Shown: positions 12,924 through 25,852 of the stretch, one piece after another | Position numbering within the stretch: the first letter of the stretch is position 1 | Layout of the letters: every line of letters starts with the position of its first letter | Source of the DNA: Malacoraja senta | Lineage: Eukaryota | Length of the DNA stretch: 64,000 nucleotides | Direction: 5' to 3' | Assembly: GCA_038087875.1 (NCBI GenBank) | Contig: CM075990.1 | Coordinates: forward strand, 12,278,001 to 12,342,000 | Made by a program: the position numbers and the translations under genes | The notes under the pieces: generated by a model | Database searches by the model: none | Seen by the model: only the letters and a program-made list of their open reading frames with translations | What the model was told of the DNA's origin: nothing

Positions 12924-13133
12924 GTAAGAAGGAACTGCAGATGCTGGAAAATCGAAGGTAGACAAAAATGCTGGAGGAACTCAGCGGGTGAGGCAGCATC
13001 TATGGAGCCAAGGAAATAGGCAACGTTTCGGGTCAAAACCCTTCAGAAGGGTCTCGACCCAAAACGTTGCCTATTTCCTTGGCTCCATAGATGCTGCCTC
13101 ACCCGCTGAGTTTCTCCAGCATGTTTGTCTACC
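12924..13133. mobile_element. Palindromic Penelope-terminus insert
   Basis: Inverted arms of about 90 bp meeting at ...ACCCTTC|AGAAGGGT...; TACCTTGGACAAGTTACA occurs on both sides (about 12891 and 13130). Confidence 0.85.
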
Positions 13134-13755
13134 TTGGACAAGTTACAACAAGGTAGAGATCATTGTAAGTGCAATCACGATGAGATACTAATAACAACAA
13201 GTACCTAAGAAGAAAATCTTTGAATATTATAAGTGTTCAACTATGTGTGCTGGGGTTTTGAATGTAACCGACTTGAGTCCAACAGGCAATTTATCAAATC
13301 AAGTAGTTGCCGTTCTTAGACTCGAACCAAAAGCTGTTCACTTGGATTCATCCACAGACTCTGACTTTGGTCTTGTTTTTTTGTTGGTCTTCTATTGCTT
13401 TTCCTCTATAGATAATCTATTCCCATTATCAGTTTGTAAGATGTTCAAGAAAGAACTGCAGATGCTGGTAAATCGAAGGTAGACACAAAATGCTGGAGTA
13501 ACTCAGCGGGTGAGGCAGCATCTATGGAGAGAAGCAATCGCCGATGTTTCGGGTGGAGATTGTATGAGGTGTGTTTGCTACTTCTGAGCCGGACAATGAG
13601 AATTGTATGGAGAAACAGGAATAGACAGCGAGTTGCTGCGACAGTTGTGATTGCTTCATTCAGCTCTTTATAAACTACAAAGGTGTTCAACATAAACAAT
13701 GTTCGATTGGTGCCAAAATATAGAGAGTGCCTGCATCTTGTCTGGAATAAAAGAC

Positions 13756-14202
13756 AGGTGGCGTGATGGCGCAGCAGTAGAGTTGCTGCCTTACAGACCC
13801 AGGCTCGATCCTGACTACAGGAGCTGCCTGTACTGAGTTTGTACCTTCTCCCCGTGACCTGCGGGGGTTCTTCCGGGATCTCCGGTTTCCTCCAACACTC
13901 CAAAGACGTACAGGTTTGCAGGTTAATTGGTTTGGTATATTTGTAAATTGTCCCTAGTGTGTGTAGGATAGTGTAAGTGTGTGGGGATCGCTGGTCGGTG
14001 CGGACTTGAGATAGATAGATTCTTGATTGGGTGCAGGTCTCGGAGCTAATGGGGAGAATGGGGTTAGGAGGGAGAGATAGATCAGCAATGATTGAATGGC
14101 GGAGTAGACTTGATGGGCCTAATGGCCTAATTCTACTCCTGTTCCTTCTGACTCGGTGGGCCGAGTGGCATGCTTCCACACTGTATCTCTAAACTAAACT
14201 AA
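13756..14202 (+). mobile_element. V-SINE with a nested CR1 tail (about 14008-14148)
   Basis: SINE head, body and tail recognisable on both sides of a CR1 3' fragment. Confidence 0.85.
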
Positions 14203-15099
14203 AACGCCTAAAGTTGTTATAACTTGGTTGGCGTGGGCAAGTTGGGCCGAAGGCTCTGTTTCCTGACTCTGTGACTCTATAACATAGTTTAGTGAACCAC
14301 CAATGCATCTTGAATGTAGGCTTGGAAATTGACCAAATACGCCTGCATTTATTTTTTTTTTAATTCTGAAAACGCTCAGCGTGTTCGGGAGGAGATATGG
14401 GAGATGTTTCAGGTGAGGAACTCCCTGCCCTGCTGGCAGTTTGCAGCATTTTATGCTTCTATATCTGATTTCCAGCACCTGCAAACTTGTTTTTCATGCC
14501 TGTATTTCATCTTGTATTTTTGAAGCCTGATTTGTATTGCTCACGGACCCCATCAAAGTATTAAACAGATGCTTCGCTTCTGTTGGTGTATCTGTTAATT
14601 GCACATAAATATACTTTCCCATCTTTGATTCAGTTCAGGGCAGTTACGGTAAATCTCAGTGCAAGAGAATTCCCGGTTGGTTTTCAGTGAAACGGCTTTG
14701 GACTGAAGCTTAGTTTGATGACCAACACGAAGCTGGTTGCTTTGTAATCACCTTTACAGCGGCTCACAGGGTGAGGATTCTCTCCCATTTAATGAGGTAT
14801 TTTAGCTTTTGTCTTCCTTCAAGTAATGGGGGGAGATGGAAAATATAATTCCCTCTTTCATCAAGTGTCAAGCACAGTATAAATTGGAGAATGAGAGTGC
14901 TACAGAGAGGAGATTTGTTTCCAGTATCATTGATTCATTGTTTACTGCGATGTGTTTTTGCCGTATATCCTTTTGTTAAAGATAACCTTGCACTTGTACC
15001 AAGGGCCGGCACATATTCTTCACTATAAAGTTCTTCCTTCACCTTTCTGCGAAACACCTAGCAGCATTCACAGAGCAGGATCATCATGGCATGATACTA

Positions 15100-15565
15100 A
15101 TTCATACAGCATGGAAATAGGCCCTTTGATCCAATCTGTCCATGCTGACCAAGATGCTCGTCTAAGCTAGTCCCATTTGCCCATGTTTGGCCCCATATGC
15201 CTCTAAACATTTTCTATCTATGAACCTGTCCAAGTGTCTTTTAAATGTTAGTATACCTGCCACAACTACTTTCTCTGGAAACTCATTCCATATGCCCACC
15301 ATCCTCTGTCTGGGAAAGGTTGCTCCTCAGGTGCCTATTAAATATTTCCCCTCTCACCTTAAACCTGTGACCTCCAGTTCTTGATTCCCCTACTCTGAGA
15401 GAAAAAAAGACTCTGCACTCATGATATTCATTCCTCCTATGAGTTTGTAACCCTCTGTCAGATCATTCCTCAGCCTCTTGTGCTCCGTCCAAGGAATTAA
15501 GTCCTAGCCTGACCAAACTCTTCCTTCAGCTCAGGCCCTCAAGCCCTGGTGACATTCCCATAAAT
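15100..15565 (-). mobile_element. CR1 3' fragment
   Basis: Reverse complement of the CR1 ORF2 C-terminus and tail. Confidence 0.75.
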
Positions 15566-16021
15566 GTTGAGTCCCAGTCCAGAATTACCATTTTCAAATT
15601 CCACCCCCATTCTCTCCCTCTCTGTAACCTTCTCCAATAACCTCTTCCAATTCCGAACTCTTGCACAAAGTAAATTTTAATCTATTATTGACAGAGGTGA
15701 CCAAAGCTTGGACATTAACCGAGGTTTAAATCAATAAATGGAAGGTGACTGTCCTTAATTTATTAATTTGCTCTGTGTGGATGTTGTTGGCAAGCCCTGT
15801 ATTTATTGCCCATCTTTCACTGGGTTGGAGAAGTTGGTGGCAAGCTGCCTTCTTGAACCATCTGGTGAGGATATTCCCAGAGATGAACATCCCACAGCAA
15901 CAAAGAGCTGTCGCGGGACAATTCCCAATCTTATGGTCTTGACAATTGAAGCTGCAAATGAAGCTATCTGCCTGCTGCATTCATATGTGGCTCTTAAGTT
16001 TTGTCCAATATGCTACTTTAG

Positions 16022-16312
16022 ACTTTAGAGATACATTGCGGAAACAGGCCCTTCGGCCCACCGAGACCACGCCGACCAGTGATCACCTCGTGCTCTTGCA
16101 CTATCCCACACACTAGGGACAATTTTACCCAAGCCAATTAACCTCCAAGCCTGAACATCTTTGGAGTTTGGGAGGAACCTGGAGCACCCAGTGAAAACCC
16201 ACGCGTTCACGGGGAGAACGTACAAACTCCATACAGACAGCACCCGTACTCAGGATCGAACCCGGGTTTCTGGCGCAGTAAGGCAGTAACTCTACCGCTG
16301 CGTCATCATGCC
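16022..16312 (-). mobile_element. V-SINE (HE1-like)
   Basis: Near full-length reverse complement of the 3768-4075 family. Confidence 0.88.
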
Positions 16313-17384
16313 TTTCTGTGAAATGCGTTTGGATGTTTTGCTGAACAAGTTTAAAGATTTTTGGATTCTCATCGTGTTGGTTTCAAATCATTTCCATATC
16401 AAGCATGTTGAATAATTAAATTATACAATGTGCCACAATTTTGTTTCTGCGTGCATGTGAATGCAAAATATCAGCTAACGCAGCTGGCAATGCTCATCTA
16501 TATGCAGCAGAGATTATTGATACTGTGTGACTCCCTTTCATTGTGGAAACTAATGGTCTTGCTGGGACAATGAGCAAGAGAAATGAAGGCAAAACTGCAA
16601 CAAGCTCCTTCCTTTCGGATCGACCCATGTTTTGGCAAGTTAAGTCAAGTTGAGTTTATTGCATGCATGGTACAGGAACAATGAAAATCTAGCTTGCAGC
16701 AAAGTCATAGGCATGTAGATGAATAACACACAAACATAAAAACATATACACAAATTGTACAAGACAAGTAATGTTTAAGAAACAGTTAGACAGGTACATG
16801 GATTGGACAGGTTTAGAGGGATATGGACCAAGGACCAGTGTAGATGGGACATGTTGGTCAATGTGGGCAAATTGGGCCGAAGGGCCTGTTTCCACACTGT
16901 ATCACTCTATGACCATCACAGTGAACAGAAAGAGACTGCAAAATACAATTAGAGTTCAGGGTTTGAATAAGGGGTTTCAACATGGACGGGGAGTTGGGGC
17001 ACTGCTTTAGGGTACTGTAGGGACATGGTTATGTCACTAATGTCCAGAGTCCTGGGGTGTCCAGAAATCCATCTGTGGAAAAATGACCCAGAATCTTAAC
17101 ATGAACCCATTGAATCAATTAAAATAAATAAATCTAGATAATAAGCTGTTTTTAGTAATGGAATCTGTGAAACGACCAGATTGTCATTAAAAGTCTGTCC
17201 AGTTCCTTAATCTCCTCGGGAAGAAAATCTTCCAATTTTCTTGTAATGATTTTTGACCCTGCAATGTGGTTGACTTGACTTGTAACGGGATCATTTACTA
17301 AAATATGCCACCTTTGCCTTGAAGTGTACTATGGTGCAGTACTGAGGGTACTGTGCTATACTGTGCTATGTGGTGCCTTTCAGA

Positions 17385-17685
17385 TTAGTTTAGAGATACA
17401 GCACGGAAATGGCCTTTGGCCCACTGAGTCCGCACCGACCAGCGATCCCTGCACATTAACACTGTCCTACACACGCAAGAGACAATTTACATTTATACCA
17501 AGCCAATTAACCTACAAACCTGTACGTCTTTAGAGTGTGGGAGGAAACCGAAGATCTCTGAGAAAACCCAAGCGACAACGTCCAACCTCTTACACACAGC
17601 ACCCATAGTCGGGATCGAACCCTGGTCTCTGGCACTGTAAGCGCTGTAAGGCTGCAACTCTACCACTGTGCCACCATGCTGCCCC
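17385..17685 (-). mobile_element. V-SINE (HE1-like)
   Basis: Same family as 3768-4075. Confidence 0.88.
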
Positions 17686-19639
17686 TAAAGAGGAATGGTT
17701 AAAACACATTCATAACTGCTGGATGCAAACCATCTCAAGGCATTATTTTGAAGAAATGCAGGTGCCCCAGCTAAGATTAATCCTACAGTTGATATCACTA
17801 AATATGGATCTGTTCACCATTGCTTTGCGGCAGGCAAGCACATTTTTGATTATGTCATCTGCAGTATGGTAAACTAAATGAGGCACACTGTGGAAACTGA
17901 TGCATAAATGCACATACTGCATTCAGTGCACTTGATGAGGTTTTAAAGGTGGTAAAATGGCTACGGTGACATTGCTCTTTGGGCTAATAAATAGCATAAG
18001 AAATATCATGAATTGTTTATGAAGTACAGGAAAGTTATGACTTCTCAAGTCTACAAGGGGAATATATCAGGCACTGATATGCGAATTGCCATTAATCCAC
18101 AGGCCACAAAGCAAACCTGACCTTTAGTCTCACTCACTAAGACAATCCGACCACTGGTGTCAACCTTTCTGACCTTACTCTGTCAATCCTCTTCTTGGAT
18201 TGGAGCACCAGTAATAGAATTCAGTTGCGTTTGATGGCTTCAGGTCATCAAAGCTTCTGACATGTTTTTGACATTTAATAATTGGATTCCTTTATGACTC
18301 TTTTTAAGAGAGCTTCTGGCAAAAGCAATTTGATTTCCATCAATTTTATTCGTAGTTTAAATAAAAGCAGAAGCTCTTTATCTAAAAGCATTCTGTCACC
18401 GTTTATTATATTGGTTGTGTCACTCTGGCCTTACAAAAGTGAGTGATAATGAATGGTTTCCTCTATTCTCTGTGGTTTGGAAGGAGTACTACCACATTTG
18501 GGTTAAAGGGGAAGAGGACACAGATCAGCTAAAAGACTGGTCTCGGAGTGATGCATAATTTTATCTCGAGTCCTGTCCACGGTGACGAGCTTGCCACTGA
18601 ATTTTCAATTGATGATAATGGCTGGAAGGAATTGTGCCACAGAAGCTGCCGAGCATTTCTGATGCAGATGTAATGGAGTGTCAAAGGATACCCAAACGCG
18701 AGATTATCTTTTCATTTCACCGAGGCACTTGTGTTGGATTTAGCATTCATTTGCTTCGAAGCTGGGCTCCAGGTGACTCTAAACTACAGACAAATGTTTC
18801 GACAAATTACCAAGTAGTGTAATTTGTGACCATTCCCGTCTAAGAAACAATCGAGGGAGGAATTGAAATGCACACAGTGTTGCTGAACAGGCCAGATGGT
18901 GTCTGTGGTGAGGAAAGGTTTTGGGTCAATGATATTTTACAGTGGAGCTGGCCTCACATCTTCCACCTGTTGTAGGCCCCAGCTGATATTCATTTCCTTT
19001 GGCTTGGTAAACACTTACTCAAATTAACAATTACACGTAAAGTCTTTGGTATTGAATGAAGAGAAATATGGTGCCGAACATGAGTGAGATGTGTGTAAAG
19101 AAGGTGAACACTTGAATACATGGCTGTAAATTGAAGTATAATCCACGTGTGATTTAACACTCGTTAGAAGCACAGATGCTCTTTGATATCGCCACTATTA
19201 AAGCGTCCTTACATTGAGCATTTCCTTTTCATCGTTTGATTGTGATGTGTAAATTTGAAAGAATAGTTTTGCTTTAATTAAATTTCAGAAGGCCATTCCA
19301 TTTCAAAATCAGTCAATCGCTAGGCTTGGGTTTCTAAATTTTATTTGTAGATTAGGTGGGATAGGGGACTATCTGAGATTGTATCAGGATTTGTGGGGCT
19401 TGTGCAGGTGTGTTTCTGAAAAATCCCAATGAGTTAGTTCAGTTTATTGTGAAGTGTACCGAGGTACAGTGAAAAGCTCTTGTTGCATGCTAACCAGTCA
19501 GTGGAAAGACTGGGACTGGACACTTACAGACAGACAGACACACACGGAGGGACGCACACAGACGCACGCAGACACAGACACACGCAGACACAGACACACG
19601 CAGACACAGGCAGACGCAGACACAGACATTTTGCAAATC

Positions 19640-20275
19640 GAATTGGCAGTAAGGAAGGCAAACGCGATGTGAGCATTTATTTCAAGAGAGTTAGAATACA
19701 AAAACACGGATGTAATGCTGAGACTCGAGAAGGTGCTGTTGAGGCCACATTTGGAGTATTGTGAGCAATTTTGGGCATCATATCTGAGGAAGGATGTGCT
19801 GGCCCTGGAGAGGGTCCAGAAGAGGTTTACCCAGGAATGAGTGGGTTAACATTTGTTGAGCGTTTGTCAGCACTGGGCCTGTAGTCACCGAAGTTTAGCA
19901 GGATGAGGGAGGACCTCATTGAAACTGAAAAGCTTGGATAGAGTGGATGTGGAGACGATGTTTCCGCTAGTGGGATAGTCTATGACTGGAGGTCATAGTC
20001 TCAGAATTAAAAGGCATTCCTTTAGGAGGTAGATGAAGAGGAATTTCTTTAGGCTGAATCTGTGGAATTCCTTGCCACAGATGGCTGCCGAGGCTGTCAG
20101 TGGATATTTTTAAGGCAGAGATGGATGGATAGATTATTGATTAGTATGGGTTTCGGGTTATGGGGAGAAGACAGGAGAATGGGGTTGGGAGGGAGAGATA
20201 GATCAGCCATGATTGAATGGTGGAGCAGACTTGATGGGCCAAATGGCCTAATACTGCTCCTACACTTATGACCGT
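19640..20275 (+). mobile_element. CR1 3' fragment preceded by a (CAGACA)-type microsatellite (19525-19628)
   Basis: AVRKANAM and RPHLEYCEQFW remnants plus CR1 tail. Confidence 0.85.
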
Positions 20276-20779
20276 ATGAACGACGACCACTACAGAACTG
20301 CCCACCTCGAAGCTGTTTTCTTTCTTACCATCCCCTCCATTAAGGTGGTAGTTAACGTCATAGACCTAGCATGGACCTTTCAGATCTCATCACAGCAGCT
20401 GGTGGAATTGAAAACCTTTAATTAAACAAATCTGGAATCAAAAGCTGGAGTCAGTAATGGTAGCCATAAAAGTAAGTGAATGATATATAAACCCATCTGA
20501 TGAAGTGATATCCTCCAGGGAGGGGAATCTGCTGTCTTTACCCAGCCTCTCCCGCCTCTGACTTCAAACAGGAGCCTGATGGGACCTTGCTGTGTGCCTC
20601 AGGTTTATGTAGAGTCAACGCAAAGTCATTGAGCTCAGGCTGTGGCTTACTTAGCCCACGTTTTATCATTAAATATGCTGATGCTCGGGACTTTCTACAC
20701 AATATCACCTCTTATAAATAAAGCAAATGTTTTAATGGTTTCTAAACCACTTTCGTAACTGTTTTCTTTCTTACCATCC

Positions 20780-21087
20780 CATACTTGGTCACGGGGAAAA
20801 CGTGTCTCAGGAGCTAATGCACTACAATGCCGAGAACGATATTCTGCGCTCTGTGTCTTCCCCTTTGCTGTATCTAATGTTCTCACTGTATACACTGTTC
20901 CCCATTGTATCTAATGACCCACACCACCCTGGCCACACACTCATTTCACCCCTGCTATCAGGAAGAAGGTTCAGGAGCCTGAAAACTATAACGTCCAGGT
21001 TCACAAACAGCTTCTTCCCTACAGCCATTCGGCTATTAAACATCTAATTTGTTTACTGGAGCTCGGTACATGTGACAATAATAAACC
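20780..21087 (+). mobile_element. Rex/Babar-type LINE 3' fragments
   Basis: DPHHPGHTLISPLLSGRRFRSLKTITSRFTNSFFPTAIRLLN; 3' end GTGACAATAATAAAC. Confidence 0.7.
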
Positions 21088-21107
21088 AGGTTGCTTAAAC
21101 CGAGCTT

Positions 21108-21387
21108 CAGCACGGAAACTGACCCTTCAGTCCACCGAGTCCATGCCAACCAGTGATCCCTGCACATTAACACTATCCTACACACACTAGGGACAATTTA
21201 CAATTATACCAAGCCAAATAACCTACAAACCTGTATGTCTTTGGAGTGTGGGAGGAAACCGAAGACCCCGGAGAAAACCCACGTGGGTCACAGGGAGAAC
21301 GTACAAACTCCGTACAGACAGCACCCATAGTCAAAATCAAACCCGGGTCTCTGGCGCTGTAAGGTAGTAGCTCTACCACGCCGCCCA
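21108..21387 (-). mobile_element. V-SINE (HE1-like)
   Basis: Same family as 3768-4075. Confidence 0.88.
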
Positions 21388-22583
21388 CTTGATATAACTT
21401 TTCAGTTAGCCAGTTGATTCATAACAGAATAATTAATTTTCATGTGAACCCTATCAATTTAAAGTGCAAAACTCAGGCCCAGGTGAGTTTCAAGAGAGTG
21501 TTGGAAACTAAAGCAGGTGAGCTTCAAGGGACTGGTCCTACTGAGGCCCGGGTGAATGAGTGGGAGCACAGGTACGACAGCCCTGATGTGTTAAAGGGTG
21601 CGCAAAGATCAACAGCTGTTGAGCCAGATGATGGCTGCTGGGATTTCTGTGCAGGCAGATGGTGTTTTATGGGAGTTTAACTGGTATTGGATGATACGAA
21701 GAACTTTTCTCCAAAGAATGAAAATGCTTGTGATTTTTCCATCACAGCAGTTTAAGCATTTCGCACGTGTGTTACAAGTAAAATTGTTGCCAAGGTTAGA
21801 GAGAGTTACATCCAATTTGGGAGCACAGAAATTTAAAGATCAGTCATGAGGCAGAATCCATCGTATTCTCATGAGATGAAAGGTTTATCTCTCGGCTGGG
21901 TTTAAGAGTCTTAAGTGAAATGAGTTTGACCAGTCAACAGTGTTCAACCGACGTAATGTCAACAGCTGAAATCTGACTGTAATTTGGCAATAATTGGAAT
22001 TAAATTGATAGACTCAATCAGAAATGGAGGTGTCACACTGATTTAATATTAAGCATTCTTATAAGATTTAAGGTTACGATTTCTTCTCAGCAAAGCGGAG
22101 TTGGGGCATCATTTCACATTCAGTTTGCAGTACTTTACCTGACCTTGCTAGGCTTTACTGCGATAAAGATTGTGAATAGAGAGAGCTATAAAAAGGAAAC
22201 AGGCCTGCGGTGCTGCTGGAAATTGGCAGAAGAATTTGGCTCCCTGGACACGAGTCTGAATTTAACAGTGTGAAAACTTCAACTCTCCAGAGTTTGAGTG
22301 GGAAGGAACTGCAGGTTCTGGTTTATACCGGAGATAGACACAAAGTGTTGGAGTAACTCAGCGGGTCAGGCGGCATATCTGGAGAAAATGAATGAGTGAT
22401 GTTTCGGGTCGGAACCTGTGAATCTGTGGAATTCTCTGCCACAGAAGGCAGTGGAGGCCAATTCACTGGATGTATATGAGAGAGAGTTAGATACAGCTCT
22501 TGGGGCTAATGGAACCAAGGGATATGGGGACTGAGCAGGAACAGGGTTCTAATTCTGGATGATCAGCTATGATCATATTGAAT

Positions 22584-23436
22584 TGAATTAGACTTTAATA
22601 ATCGCCTTATTCAGGGGAAATTCAGATGTCCTTGCAGCACACTAATAAAATACAACATAGTATTAAAAAGAAGTTCAACACCAAAACATCCCCCCACATT
22701 GGTCCCCACTGTGGGGGAAGGCACAAAGTCCAGTCCCCATCCTCTTGTCCACCCAGAGTCGGGCCTATTGAGGCCTCCACAGTCGCCGCCACGGCGCCCG
22801 ATGTTCTCGCCGGGTGATGGTACTCCAGCATCGGGAGAACCCCCAGCGGCTTGGGGTACCAGGAACGACCACCTTCCCACCGAAGACCGCGGCTTCCAAG
22901 CCAACAGACCGCGCCGGACGGAGCTCCACACACTGGCAATCTCAGCGAGAGATCCCAGGCTCCAGGATGTACCGTTCAGCGTCGCAGCTGGGCCGCTCCA
23001 CAGAACCGCTGCTCCACGATGTTCTCATCGGCGGTCCCAGCATACTGGAGTTCCAGCGCGGCGACTCAGGAAAGGCATCGCCCGCTCCACGACAGCGCTC
23101 CAGCGCTGCACCGCCGCCAAAGCCGATGTTCTGCGCCGCCGCCAAAGCCGATGTTCTGGCCAGGTCCCCTCAGGGAAACGTCGCTCCAGGACCCGCTGGT
23201 AGGCCGCAAGGACAGGTCGAAGGCGCTGCTCGGAGGAAGGCAACCCCTCCGACCAGGTAGGGACTCGAAAAGCAGTTTCCCCCTTCCCCCCCACCACCCC
23301 CCACACATAAAATGATTAGGCCCCCTGACTACACACTCAACGTACTAAAAATAATTTAAAAAAGAAGGGAAAAAAACGGACAGCTGCAGGACAGGCAGCC
23401 GTTCTGGACAGCGCCTCCTCCGGTGTCCAGCACCGC
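22584..23436 (-). mobile_element. GC-rich non-coding retroposon (unclassified) inserted in a CR1 tail
   Basis: CATATTGAAT duplicated at 22574-22583 and 23437-23446; colinear similarity to 24575-25440. Confidence 0.7.
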
Positions 23437-23682
23437 CATATTGAATGGCTCCTGCACCTAATTTCTATGTTTCTGTGTTGAATTCTTCTTCAGACTGAAA
23501 GTAGAGGGGGGGGAGGGAACTGGAGGTAGAAAAGATAATTTCCGCCGCCCCCCCCCCCCCATCCACTTTCAGTAGAAGAAAGTCCTACCTCCAGTTCCTC
23601 CCTCTCTCAGTCTGAAGAAGGGTTCCGACACAGAACATCACACATCCTTATCTCCAGAGATGCAGTCTGATCAGCTGAGTTA

Positions 23683-24036
23683 AGGGCCTGTCCCAAGAGC
23701 ATGCGGCAAGCACGACTAAACCGGAAGCGGGGTCCGCGCGGAGGTCGAGTGAGTGACGTGAAGTTCGAGCGAAGTCCGCGCGTGATGTACGGCGTCAAGA
23801 CGATGCGTACGGTGTCGAGGCGGTGCATACAGTGTCGAGGCGGCTGCGGGCCGACAGGCCGTTGCCGCGCGGAATTTTTCAACACTGTCAGTTTTTCGGA
23901 TGTCGGGACCAGCTCCGCACAACTCCATACGGCTCCGGCGGTTGAAGTGGGACCGGCCCCGCGAGACCGTACGGCTCAAGCGACCACATTAGGTCGCACT
24001 TGCCGCATGCAGTCGCATGCTCGTGGGACAGGCCCT
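23683..24036. mobile_element. PIF/Harbinger-type MITE nested in a Penelope-terminus insert (about 23484-24060)
   Basis: TIRs AGGGCCTGTCCCAAGAGCATGCG / CGCATGCTCGTGGGACAGGCCCT; left TTA, right copy imperfect. Confidence 0.85.
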
Positions 24037-24574
24037 TATCTCCAGCACTTTGTGTCTATCCAGTTTGAGTGTTTGTCACAAAGTTGGACTAGCCAGCCAG
24101 AGAGAATGACCATCTACCGCTGATCGGGATAGAAACAAAGGTGGATTTCATAATTAGAAAATTTACGTAAAGAATCTAAAGAGAGAAATTTCTGACTTTC
24201 TTATTTTCACATTTCCCCAGAAAGGATTAAAATCTCTAATGTAGTTTTCAATTGATGCCACTGAAGTGACCAAGCCAGTCTATGCATTGGAAGCTTCCAC
24301 CAGTAGCAGTGTGATGATGATTAGGTTACCTGTTTGTGTTGTTGGGTATGGAATGAATGCTGGCCAGAGGAAGAACTCCTCTGCTCTTCATCAAAGTCAT
24401 GTGGGATCCTGCTGCCTCCCTTGCAATGGAGGCGGGATCTTGGTTTACCTTCTCATCCCAAAACACCCGCAAAGCAGTGCTCAAGTCTGAGAATGGGCTG
24501 AATTCTCAACCTTCTGTCTTGGTGGGAAGAGGCAAACACCACAAACAAACAACATAAATAACAAATAAATAAAA

Positions 24575-25440
24575 TTGTCGAGTGGTGGCACCTTGGAGTG
24601 TGGCAGCCTCGCCTGCAGCTGTTTTGTTCTTCACCATTTTTATATTTTTAGTTTGTAAAAAAGTTTTGTTCTGGAGGCCTTTTAGTCTTTTTATGTGGGG
24701 GATGGGGGGGGGGGGGAGAAGGGGGAAACCGTTTTTTCCAGTCCCTACCTGGGCGAGGAGGCACCCTTCCTCCGAGCTGCATCTTCTCCCCCCCCCCTCG
24801 TGGCCTATCACCTGGATTGGCGCGGCCTTTCCTGTCGGAGACCGGCCAGAGCTTCAGCGGCGGCCTCATCACTGAGGTACCATCGCGGAGCGGGGCGATG
24901 CCTTACCCGGGTGGCCGTGTTGGAGCTCCAGAGTGCTGGGCCTGCCGACTTCAACATCGTGGAGCTGTGGTCTGTGGAGCTTCCAGCCGCGGCGGCACTG
25001 ACTTTATCAACGCGGAGCCTGGGATCTCTCTCCGAGGTCGCCAGTGTTGCAGCTCCGCCCAGCGTGGCCTGTGGACTTCGGGAGCCGCGGTCTCCGGGAG
25101 GAAGCGGCCGTTTCGGAACTCCAAGCCGCTGAAGAGTGTTCTTCTGTTCCGATGCTGGAGTTCCATCATCCTGGCGAGAGGGCCTGAAACATCGGGCCGC
25201 CTTAGCGCCGACTGCGAAGGCCTCAAAAGGCCCCGACCACGGGTGAACATGGAGGAAGTGGACTGAACTTTGCTGCCTTCCCTCACAGTGGAAAATGTTG
25301 ATCCCGCTTTGGGGGGATTTTTATTAATGTTTAATGTTAAATTCTACAATGTTGTGTTTATTTTATTTGTGTGCTGCAATGGCAACTCAAATTTCACTGC
25401 ACCAATTGGTGTATGTGGCAATAAATGTCCTTTGTCCTTT
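24575..25440 (+). mobile_element. GC-rich non-coding retroposon (same family as 22584-23436)
   Basis: Shared blocks CCTGCAGCTGT, GGGGGAAAC, AGTCCCTACCTGG, CCTTCCTCCGAGC, GATGCTGGAGT and GCCTTCCC.CACAGTGG; ends GCAATAAA(TGTCCTT)n. Confidence 0.7.
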
Positions 25441-25852
25441 ATGATGAGGAATGGGAGTGATAAATGGGATTAGTCAGGATAATGTGACCCCCTTTATGGT
25501 TGTCCAGCTTGCTCGAAGTACCAGGCTACACAGATGAATTAAATCTTCCTCTTCTGCAGTTCCCAAAGTAGTTACTGATATACCTCATGAATTAGAAACT
25601 TCTGTCTTTAGTTGTTTTTGTTTGACATTCCCAGAGCTCATTTTAGCTTTCAGCGTGTACATCGTGGTTTATGAACCACAGAATCCTAGCCGTCCTGTGA
25701 TGGTATAACTGTGGTGCCATTGAGTCTGATGAAGGGTCTCGACCCAAAACATCACCTATCCATGTTTTCCAGAGATGCTGCCTGACCCGCCGAGTTACTC
25801 CAGTTACTGTAATAGAGGTGGCCCAATCTGGATTGGGATTAGATTGTTCACC

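Noticed and set aside
13445..14179. 244-aa - strand ORF
   Set aside because: Chance read-through across CR1 tail, SINE, unique DNA and a Penelope terminal repeat.
22611..25286. Many overlapping 100-167 aa ORFs
   Set aside because: Stop-poor GC-rich repeat and MITE sequence; no recognisable domain and no frame conserved between the two related copies.
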